Part shown: positions 12,501 to 24,500 of the stretch, one piece after another
How positions within the stretch are numbered: position 1 is the first letter of the stretch
How the letters are laid out: the number at the start of each line of letters is the position of its first letter
Origin: Aplysia californica
Taxonomy: Eukaryota
Direction of reading: 5' to 3'
Length of the DNA stretch: 64,000 nucleotides
NCBI RefSeq assembly: GCF_000002075.1
Contig: NW_004797684.1
Coordinates: 278,792 to 342,791, forward strand
Notes under the pieces: model-generated
Told to the model about the DNA's origin: nothing
Seen by the model: only the letters and a program-made list of their open reading frames with translations
Database searches by the model: none
Program-made: the position numbers and the translations under genes

Positions 12501-15500
12501 GTTTTGGCTGCATGGAGTCTGAGGATACTACTCACCATGGCTATTTTCCGTACCTTTTCCTGTTTTTGAGCCAAGTGTCTGACAATGGGTGGAATCCTAT
12601 AATGTTTACCGTGCTCACTATTCTACTTTCTGACATTCTACTTTTAAAAGCTGAAATGTATGGTGTGCATGGCACGTCTTCAACAAGGGGTAGAGAAAGG
12701 ATGGTTGTCATTAAAAAGGTAATATTCTAGTTGCAGTGGTGCAGGTGTTTTCAGTGTGAATTTTAGAATGTTAAAGTTCATCCATGTAGATGTTAAAGAC
12801 CGTACGCCTTTTCGATTGAGAAACAACCTGCTGGTGACTCCTGCTAAGAGGTCATGCGAAAGAAGAACGAGAATGGTGGATGAAAGGGAAGGAAGAAGAC
12901 AAATAGTTGTAAGCAAAATAAGAAGGATGGTTGTTGTAAAAAGGAATGAAGAAAAATGGTTGTTGTCAGTGAAAGAAGAAGGAGAATGGTCTTTGTATGT
13001 GAAAGGAAAAGAAAGGTCTTTGTCCGAGGTAAATATATGTGTTATTTGTTTGTTTTTTTCTGTTGCAGATGGATTATACAAGGGAAGAGAAGGAGATTTA
13101 TGGTGCTGGATGTCACGACTATTTCATCTTTATACGCATGTGTCTGGATGAGCTGGATGCTCAGCAGGTTGTTGTATTTTTGGTTTGGTTTTTGTTTTAT
13201 TAATTGTTGTTGGGGGATATTTTTTGTTTGTTTGTTTGTTATTTCTGTTTCTGCTATTGATGTTGTGGTTGTTGCTCTGTGCTTGTTATTGTTGTTGTAG
13301 TGTGGGTGGTTGGTGGGCATAACTGGAAGATACTACTTTTTTTTTCCTCTCCCGCTTTTGCTCTGTCTGCCTGTCTGCCTTGCTCTTTCCTCACTCTAAA
13401 TGAGCATTATCATGTCAATGGGTTTCTTTCTACTCAACCAAGCTGTCACCCCGTGGGCCGGTGCCACTGACTGAAGTGTCTTTAGGCCATTCCCAAAGTG
13501 GGGACATTTCTCGTCCTAATGCACAGTAGAATTGTAAATGGGCTGATCCAACAATGTCATGCTCATAACTGTGCCTGAACTACAACAGGGAACTGCTGCT
13601 TTTTCTTTCCTAATCCTTACTTTCGTCATTTTCCTCTACTTCTTTTGTATGTTTGTCACACTCTTATGACCCGCTATTTCCCGGGTGCCTTGATAGTCGA
13701 AGCGGACTGTGCTGTTGAAGCTAGAGAGGTGAGCAGAGTAAGTCTGATTCCCTGTAAGAACTTCTCTGTTGACATTCACCCCTTGGCGCTCATATGACCT
13801 TATTCAGTTGCGAGCGCCGTAAAACCTGTTCTAAAACAAACAAACAAACAAGCTATGAATTGTTGTTGTGATCAGTTCAGCAGCTCAGGGGCTCCCACTG
13901 TCCTGCCCTATGTCAAACACTAGTGGGTACAGGTGATGTGTAGTTGTGTTCATATGGCATGTATTCTTGTACACAGTATTTTCGCTGTCAGGCTGCTGGA
14001 GGAATAAGTTGTCTCTGGGTGGTTGGCGGGTGCTCTGGTGTGGTTTGCTCCTTCTTTCCTATCGAACATCTATCGTCCTTATCTCTCCTCCTTTTTTGTG
14101 TATGTTACTCTCTTGTAACACCTCTAATCTTCGGCATTTATATGACCTTATTGTGTTGCAAGTGCCGTAAAACTCTTACTAAAATTTTAAAAAAATTAAG
14201 TTGTCTCTTTAGATGTCTGGGAGAGCAGTAGTGGAACTGATGATTGCTCAATAGTCTCCTCCTGGTGTTCCCCTTTCAGTGAGGCACATATGGCTGGCCA
14301 GTAGGCAGTTACTGTTGCTACTGTTAAAGGGGCATGTAAATCTGTGTTTACACAAACAGTATACTGATCAGTGTCCTAATGAAAAGTGAAATCCATTTCT
14401 ACAGACCTTCTATAAAATTCTCTTGATTCTCTCTGGGTTTGATATCTACACACTGAGAGTTACTAATTTCTTCAGAGGAAATGCTGATGCACAAGATTCC
14501 TTACCTTTTTCTCGGTTATGGAAGAAGAGGTAGACAACTTGTTCTTTTGCTGTTTTGACACTCTGGAAATTTAGATTTACCTGCTTTGTTCTCAAATCTC
14601 TGACAAAACTTCAACGTTCATCTACTTTAGTTCTTTTTCCCATTTCTATATGTTTTTTTTTTCTCTTAAGATTGGGTAATATTTTCGAACGAATTTAAAT
14701 AATACTTGGCAGTTTTCTCAACAGTGTTTCTCTGTCACTGGGATATTCCTGGTCGTGATCTGTATTCATAATCCTCCTTTTGTCTGAAAAATTGTTTTTT
14801 TTTTATTTGGGGTTTTACGGCGCTCGCAACTGCATAAGGTCATATGAGCGCACGAAACACAAGTTAATTTTATTCGCAGTTCACTTTACGGCTGGGTACG
14901 GGTCAGTGGTTTTGTGTGAAATGAGGTTCAAGGTTAGAAGCCTACTTTAGGTGCATGTCTTATATTTAGAAGCCTACTTTAAGTGCATGTCTTATATCTG
15001 AAATTAAAAAAGAAATTTTTAGGACCTCATGTGTTATATTCTTTTTCTTTTTTTTTCTCAGACCAATATCAACATGGACACTCTTTTGAAACAAGTGACG
15101 GATGATGTCCTGAATCGTCCATTTTACGAAACTCACAAAGGCTTTGAAGAGGATGAGGGGTTGCTAGGATTGCTGAATGTAGCCACAGCTATTTATAGAC
15201 ACAAGCCTCCATTTTTTCTTCAAGAGGAAAATACGGTAAGAGATGATGGGTTACGTCATGTTTTTATTTAAATCTTCAGTTTGAACTATATTTTTGCTAC
15301 CTTTTTTTTTTCATGTATGGCACTCTTGTATTTGTTCTGAATAAATGTATTAGATTTATGATTTTTGTTCAATCTTTCAAATACTTTACTCTTCATTCTT
15401 GTAAATGAAAGGCCTGAAGCCTTTGGAGTGAGTGAAACGTCTTCCAGGATGTCTTGTTTTTAATGTTTTGCATACCACATTTTACTTCTCTGACTGGGAA

Positions 15501-18500
15501 AGATTTGTCCTGTCAGCAATTCAGAGTCAGTTTTTGATGTTTTCTATTTTTCAAAGTAGTTTAATGATATGGTTTTTTCCCCTCTGATGGTCAGAATGCT
15601 TGTATCTTCTTGAAATATAGAGCATAAAAGGACCTTGTATCTTTCAAAATTTAGTGTTATTTTTTAACATTTTGAGCTGTTTTTGCAGAATGGCTGAAAG
15701 CATGTTTAGATCTCATGTCCATTTTATTTTTCTCTGCAGCGCTTCCTGGACGCCTTGTTTGACTTCCTCTTCCTGGTGCCTAGCCCTCGCTCTCCACACT
15801 TGCCAAAGTGCAAAAGTCAGAAGACGCGGCAAGCAGCCTACGACCTGATTGCAGAGATGTGTAGTGGCAACATGAAACATTATTCCCTGGCTGTGGACAA
15901 GTTCATGAAACAGAACACTAGAGGTACATGCTTGTTTTCAAAGATTTTTTAAAGTTAGGAACTGTGGACTCCTGCATTGGGAAAGTTATGTTAAAAAGTG
16001 GTTTAACCGTTTCTTGTGCAACTCAGCCAGAGGTGTCCGGATCAAAAGAAAGCACGAGTGGTCTACCTTATCAGAACTGGCCTCCCAAGTTTTCCTCAAC
16101 TGTAGACATGGGTATGATAAAAGTTGATCTCTGATATTGGGCTGCAGCCCCAAGTTTATTTTTAGAAAGAAAAAGATGTGTCAAGTGATTTGCTGCTAGC
16201 CCAACACTAAATGGCTGTAATTATGTTAATGTTGTTCCATTTACTCAAGCAAAAAATGTGGGTGGGTGATGGGTGCTTCAGTATGTAGGCTGGTTTGCTT
16301 CCTCTTTCCTATCAAACATCTATTGTCCTTATCTATCCTTTTTTGTGTTTGTTTCCCTCTTGTGAAACCTTCAGCACTTTTATGACCTTTTTGTACTTTA
16401 ATGCCATAAAACACTTACGAAAATAAAACGCAAACAAACTAAACAAACAATGACTTGTGCCCTGTATTCTCAGAGGCCCATGCGCCCTACCCCTGGGAGT
16501 ACTGGCCCCAAGAGGATGGCCGGGCCAAGTGTGGCTACGTGGGCCTCACCAACCTGGGAGCCACGTGTTACATGGCCACGGCCGTACAGCAGCTGTTCAT
16601 GATCCCGAGGCTGCGACAGTCTGTGCTGCACTTCCAGGTTTNNNNNNNNNNNNNNNNNNNNNNNNNNNNNNNNNNNNNNNNNNNNNNNNNNNNNNNNNNN
16701 NNNNNNNNNNNNNNNNNNNNNNNNNNNNNNNNNNNNNNNNNNNNNNNNNNNNNNNNNNNNNNNNNNNNNNNNNNNNATTATCATCATTAAGTTACCTGTA
16801 CTGTGACCCTCAAGGTTCAACATTTAGCCCAATGCCAATTGATCACTGAGTTTTTGTCATTCTTGTGAATGATTTTAGCTGGGTTTCAATTCAACGTGAT
16901 CTGAGTTTTTGTCATTCTTGTGAATGATCTTTGCAGGGTTTCAATGCTACATGATCTGAGTAAAACTATGCCTTCTGTCATTGTTGTAGATGGAATTTTT
17001 TGCTCCTGAGCTATCCTCAACACATAAACAAGGTACAGTTAGCTCATGAAAGACAATTTCTTTTCATCTTTTCTCACTTTTACTTCCAGGTCAATGACAA
17101 CCGTCCACATGCGGCCATGATGATGGAGCTACAGCGCATGTTTGCTTACTTACAGGTACCCGTTTATTTTTGTACTGGAGGCTGTCTTGTCTTTTCCATC
17201 CCCATGTCAGGCAGTTAGTTCAATGCCCCTTTTGCAAGGGGCTAAAAAAGAATGAAAATATGTGAATGTGTGTTATAACTTTTTAAGTATTTGTGGTTAG
17301 ATTAAGGTGTTTTGTTGTGAAGTTTATCAATGTCCCTGAGCCAATAAATGAGTGACTGGATTTGGAGAATAAACCAGATTTTTAAAACAAATTTCATTTG
17401 GTATTTATTAGTTTATTAATTCATTTCTTTGGGTGGTGGCTAGCCTGCTATATTGTTCTGTCCGTCTCGTTTTTTTTGCCCCTTGCTGTATATGACAATC
17501 GTTGAGTTAGTATGCTTCTCTTTACATTGGTTTATTATTAATTTCATAATTCTTTTATTCGTTCTTCATTTCATTCCTCTCTTTTTCCCCCTACTGCAGG
17601 AGAGTGAGCGTCGGGCCTACAACCCGAAGAGCTTCTGTAAGACATACATGATGGACCGGTGTCCCCTCAACACAGGAGAACAGAAGGACATGCAGGAGTT
17701 CTTCACTGACATCATCACCAAGCTGGAGGAAACCTCTGGTCAGATGGTCAGTGCACATGCTCTCTCGAGATTAATATGTCAGCGGCCTTTGGCATAAATC
17801 ATCCATCTCCCTCCAAATTTTCGTTTGATCTTTTTATGCTTTAAGTATCAAGGAAATCTGATTTTACACAAGGTCTTTTAGTTTATATTGCAGCCATCAG
17901 ACCAGTATAAATGTGCCAAACAGTCATGTGATCAAATCATCTATGTTCATTTGCCAGATTTGAGAAAATCTGTTTATTCCTATGCCTGTAAAAAGTATGT
18001 CTTCAGACTTGGATGGTTTGTGCCAGAGGCCATGGATGTATATAATGAAACTGTTGTTCTTGTTGTTGGTCCAGCTGCAAGCAAGCTTTCACCTTTCACC
18101 TCTGCTGTTGTAAAGTGTAATCTATAAGTGGGGCACAGGTGTCTTTAAATCTAGTGGCATGCACTTTTTTATTTTTAAATTTTAATATGTGTCCCAAACA
18201 TGGACCAAACTAGCATGCACAGAGTTTTTGGGCTGTGACGTTTTTATTGATTTTTGAAACTGCAGATAGATAGATAGCATTTGTATAGCGCAAATCCCCG
18301 CTCAACAGCAATCTCTATGCGCTTCACAATCTATACTATTACCCTAGCAGACCTGAGAGCATTCTGAAACAACCTCAACTTCCTGGGAAGCATACAGTGC
18401 AAGCGGCCATTTATAGGCGCTAAAACACTAACATATTGACAAGATCTTTCGCTGTCTATAGCCAGGTACCTATTCCTTCCAGGGTGAAGTGAGGAAAATT

Positions 18501-21500
18501 CTCGTAAAGAACGTCGCGCCCACTGCTCGAACCCCCAAACCCACAATCTCAAGATTACGAGACCGGTAGCCTAACCTCTAGGCCACCGGCGCCACAGATA
18601 GTTGTCATTACAAGCTATTATACATACTGATGGAAGTAAGGGCTTCAGCCAATGGTTTATTCACCATAAAAGCTGGGTTAGTTGGATTAGGAGTAAGAAT
18701 AAAGAATTGACAGAGATGATGCATTTTTATGGAGTGTTCGATTTGTTAACTAAGTTTCTCTTTATGTGAAATTCAAGCAAAGTGCATAATAGATATGAAA
18801 ACCCATTCACGGCAGCTTTATAAAAAAGGCAAAGGATTTCATGAACTGATCAGAAATTGTGCTACTGATGAAACCTTGGAACTGATGTCTTTTAATTCTT
18901 GCTATGTTAGGATTTTTATCTTTTGTGTTCTTTTCAGGATAGGGAATATATATAATTTTTTTCTCCACAGAAAATGGTCATTAAGGAAATGTTTGGAGGG
19001 GAGACCACGAACAATGTTGTGTCTTTGGTGAGTAGTACTACTGATAGTGCTATGATGAGTGTGCAGTTTGTGAGGTGTATTATACTAGTTTGTTTGGACA
19101 ATGATTTGTGTACATGCCAAGTGTATTTGTAAGTTCCACATCAGGTACCAAAAGAGTTAAGCTGATGATATCACTTGAGCTGCCAAGCAAGGATAAACAT
19201 ATGTGTCGGCCACAACTATATATTTTTAACTTTAAAGCTAGCAATCCTCACATTCCTAAAATAGAAAAAAAAATTATATGAATAGTTTTAAGAAATTGAT
19301 TATAAGTGTGTACGTATGTTCGTATGCTAGTCTTTGTTGTGGTTATGTATTATTCATTTGTGTTTGGAGACAAGTGGTGAGAGGGTAATTGTGATCGGTC
19401 TTACCTCTTTTCTTTTTCTTCTGTTTCGTTTTGATTTTCTGCCTGTGTCTGAGGTGGAGTGGAAAGGTTCTTCACTACAGTAGAAGGCATGACTCTGATT
19501 CGTAAGAAGGGAATTATTGTGTGTCTGCTGGGATGCTGTATCCCACTTAACCCATGCCAACTTGAACTTAATTACAGTGAAAAAATCATGAAATTTGAAA
19601 TGGTATATGAAAATTATATTTAGAAAATGGACTTCACTCTTAATTTTAGAAAAATATGTGATGGATCCATTTCTAGAAAGCAAGGTCTAGTCTAGTAGAG
19701 AATACCGGCTTATGGTCCATCAAGATTAACTTTTTCAGAATATTGTTTTCTTAATTTAATGTGCCAAATATGACACATGCGGTCGTTGAGGGTTTACCCA
19801 TGGATTGGCTCTGGCAGGGAAGGTCAAAGCAATAAACCTGCAAAATAATTCTATAATTTAAAATTGATTTGATGTGGGGTTAAAACATTTACAACCTTTA
19901 AAATGCTTTTGATTATCCCCACTTTAGAATGGAAGTATTTATGTTTGGTGAGGTTAGTCTGTAACAGAAACTTAACCTGTGACACAAAAATTACTGTTCA
20001 ATTACAGGACTGTAATCATGTGAGCCGGACGTTTGAAGAGTTTTACACAGTGCGGTGTGGTGTGGCCCACATGAAGGATTTGTATGTGAGTACATAATGT
20101 ATCTCTTGCTGGATGTAAAATCTCAAGAGTGAAATAAAGTCACAGTGATTGTTGATAGATTATGTTCCTTTTTCTGTTTAATATAAGTCCATGAAAAAAA
20201 AAAAGTTTGAATGGTTGTTTTCTATACCATTCTAAAATTTTAGAAAGGTTGTGTAAACTTTTACATCAATTTTTTCCATCACTTTTTTTTTTATTAGTGG
20301 TTTCTCATTACTCTCAAAAAAATGTTGAAAAGAAAAGACATACAATGTGTTTTCAAGTTGAACACACCTACACTGTCTTTACTACCAGAATATTATATGT
20401 CAGTCTTAAATACACAGTCTGTTCTTACTTCAGATGTCTCTGATGATCTTGACTGCGGATGGTTGGAGGGCACCACTTGTAGATTCTATTTCTTTTCTTT
20501 CCCTCTGTTTGTTTCTGTCGCTCTTGTATTGGGTCTTTCTTTTTTTTTTTTAACACACATGGTTGGAAGGCTTTACTCGCAGGTCCCGTTTCTTTATTTT
20601 TCCTCTGTTATTTCTGTCTATCTGTTTTCCTTTTTCCCCAGCACTAAATGCCCATTATTGTGCTGATATGGTTCTTTTTACTCAAACAGCCTTTTCTTCG
20701 CATTATGTGACCATGTATGTGTCGATGTGCTTCTGTTAACAGAAACAAAGACAAGCTAGCTCTGGACTGATTTGAGAATTTTCCTGATGTGTTGTGATCT
20801 TTTATTCAGGAATCCCTGGATGAAGTAACTGTGAAGGACATGCTGGAAGGAGACAACATGTACACATGCTCACATTGCCACAAGAAAGTCAGGGCTGAGA
20901 AGAGGTACGCATGGAGATTCTTTCTGTCTTCTGGAAATTGTAAATATACCGTACTTGTTAGTTTTACAGCTTCACTTATGTCAGGAACTAGTGACATGGT
21001 ATGAGTTAAACGCCTCTGTAAATACTGTAAAGTCATTAAAGAGCTTGGCCTTAGATGTTAAATAATTCTTCATATGGTTAGATTGAATAGAGTGGAGAGC
21101 CTTGAACATTCTCTACGCTGCTACCTAGGCTCAAGAATGCCCCATTGGGGATTAGAACCAGGGAAATCTGCTGTGTAGTTTAGTATGGCATCAACTAAAT
21201 TATTGACTTACAGAGAGAAGTCGTGAGAAGAAATTTTCTTGTCCCTACTAGTATCACTGTTGGATATAAAATAACAAAAGAAATTAACCCTTTCATAAAA
21301 GAACTTCTTTAGATGTAGTTGTCTTTATTAGTTATTCCATATTGCAGTACAAAAATAAATCTTTAAAGAATATGAAACAGGAAAACATTGAAAATACAAT
21401 AAAACCGGTACCAAGAGATTTTATATGACTCTTAAAAATAAAAGAGACTTATTTGCTCTAGGGTGGTATCCACGTCAAGGGTGGGTGTAAAACTAAAAGT

Positions 21501-24500
21501 GTCTTTCGGGTGTGTTGGGGAAGGGGTCAAAGAGTGCATAACTGATTGGGTGACATGTAACGTCTCTCTCTCTGTCTTTCTCTGCAGGACATGTTTCCGC
21601 AAGTTGCCTCGCATCCTGTGCTTCAACACGCTGCGCTACTCCTTCAACATGCTGACCATGATGAAGGAAAAAGTCAACACGCACTTCTCCTTCCCAGACG
21701 CACTGGACATGTCTCGGTACATGGAGCATAACCTCATTGGCAAAGACAAAATCAAAGGTTTGTTATGAATGCTCTTACAAGTGACATTTCATTTGAAAGG
21801 AGGGAGGGGGTGGGCTGGACTGATCTTTTAAAATGCTATCAAAATTGTTATATGTGGCATTTATATTTACCTGCTTATCCTTTTTATTTTGCCTCTTTTA
21901 TATTTTATTATTGTTCCTGTTGTTAATTTTGCTGCTCTGCTTTCTGTTCTGCTTGTTGTTTCAGTCTTCTAATTACTATTTTTGAATTATTTATGGGGGG
22001 GAGAGGAGGGGGAAAGTGAACAAACAAATACATTCACTGCTCACCAGCAAAAGGTTTCACCCTCTGTAATAGTGAAGCAACATGTGTTTATTACAGAGCC
22101 CAGATATACATGTGTGTGATGCTTATTTTGTTTGTATTGTCTCTACGTTATTTCAAGTTTTTTTGTTTTTTTTGGTAAGTGTTTTACGGCTCTCGCAACT
22201 GCATAAGGTCATATGAGCGCATGGGACACATTAAACTTTTTTCAGTTTGAAGGAAATTTTGAATTTTGCCCGCGTGGCGGCGGAAGCCTATTCTTATCTG
22301 TTTTGGACCACCAGGGTCTTTGACGTACCTTAAAGACCCTGGTGGTCCAAAATAGATAAGAATAGACTTCAGAGATTTTTGCCTTTATCCAAGAAGGCTA
22401 GGCGTTAGATCTAACCTGACATAAGATCAGAAGTGTGGCTGAATGACAGCAGTAAGAAGAAAACGTAAGAGTAGAAAAGCTGCAGAAAGAGTCGGGAGCC
22501 CAGAGGAGGAGGCAAAGGAGGTGAGGGAATCGGGGCAGAAAGTGGAGACGAAAGCAGACGACAGAACATTGTTAGAGAGTAGGAAAGGATGTGAAAGGAG
22601 AAAATCTTTAGAGGAGAACATTTTCTGTTGATTTCAACAGTTTCCTTTTTTCTTCTTTGCTGAGCTTTCGAAGTGACCTACCTGTGCTGGATGGTTTGTC
22701 AGAATGGGCATATTTTTGTTTGATGGGCTTGTCTCTAACTTTAATTTGCATTTGACACTGAAATTATCGTTGAGTTACAGGATTGCAATCATTTGATGCT
22801 TAATATGGGGGATGGAGGGGGGGGGGGGATGAAGGGGAATAAATCTCATGGAGGGGGAATTTAGAAATAATGTAAAGATTGTTGTGTTTAGTGACGAGTT
22901 AAACACATTATCAAATAAGGAAAAAAATAATGTCTTTTTATTGGGATAGATGCTGAGGGAGAGGCTGCAGCGTCACCGGAGGAACAGAGCTATGAGTATC
23001 GGTTGATTGGTGTCACGGTTCACGTTGGAAGTGCCGAGGGAGGACACTACTACAACCTCATCAAGGATACACAGTCCAACAAGTGGTGAGTCTCTCTATG
23101 TATCTGCTGCTGCTGCTTCACCTTCTGCCCCATCTCCTCTTGCTCCCCCCTCTTCCCCTCCTCCTCTTCTTGCTTCCCCCTTTTCCTCATCCAATTGTCA
23201 GATCTGACTAAAACAAGACATCGGCTACCATGGTTCGCCTCAAATTTTTCTGATCAGATGCTCTGAAAAAAACTTACCTGTCACAATCCTCATTGGTAGT
23301 GTAGTGTTTGGGGAGGAAGGGGTGAGGGGTGAGGGAGGGAGGGGTGAGGGAGAGAGGCAGGAAGTGGTCAGTTCGGGAGAAAAAAAACGTTTTCTTTATG
23401 TAAGAGTTTTACTGCACTTGCAAAACAATAATGTCATACAATGTATAAGTTCCGAAGATTAGATGTGTTACAAAAGAGTAACAAACACGAAAAAAGGGGG
23501 AGAGGTCAGAACTATAGATGTTTGATAAGAAAGAAAGAGCAAATCTCATTAGAGCACCCACTAACCTCCATAATAGGAGGAAAGAGTGGGGGAAAGAGGG
23601 AGGGAGGACAGAAGAGGAGAAAAGAGGAAGGGGTTGTACAGTGAGGGCGATGAGTGTGCAGGTGGGGGTGGAGGAGGAGATGAGGAAGGGAAGGAGGGAT
23701 TGGATGATGGGCAGCGAGGGAAGGAGGGACTGCTGGGACGGCAGAAGATAATCGGAGACGTCTCCGGCGAGCACCCAGGAACTATTTGGAGATACACTCC
23801 CGCACACAGATGTACTGTTTTGGGTGGTCAAGCGGCTGTATGTNNNNNNNNNNNNNNNNNNNNNNNNNNNNNNNNNNNNNNNNNNNNNNNNNNNNNNNNN
23901 NNNNNNNNNNNNNNNNNNNNNNNNNNNNNNNNNNNNNNNNNNNGTCCCTCCTCAAGTCTCCTCAAATACATACAGTAGTCCACCAAAGGGTGTGCCTCTG
24001 CATGTATGTAAGTTTCCTTCCCTTGTCTGCCAATGCCATTGATGATGGGGATGACCTGTTTTCTTTTCCTTCTTTTTCTTCTTTATCGTGTACCACATCT
24101 GAAAAAAAAACAACCCCATCAGTGATCATGGTTTATCACTCATTTTTGAGCTTTGATACTCTTGAAAACCTTTATGTGTAGCAACATGACAAAAGGTGTT
24201 TTGATCATATTTCAATTAAAAATCTGTTCAAGAACCACAAGTGAATGTAAATGGGTATTAGTTGAGCTGGATTTTTTTTTCCAAGTTGTGGTCACTTGGA
24301 GTTAGAAACTCAAAAGTTACTTTATATTTTGAAATAGTTGAGTGCAATAAGTGGTTCATTTTGTCACCCGTCTTTTCAAATTACTTTAAGTAACTTATTC
24401 TCTGTCTTTCTCTGCTTAGTTTTCCAACAGTCTCAGAAAATCCAACACACTTCTAACTGTAAACCTGTTATCTTTTTCTTTGTTGTTTCGCAATTTCTGA

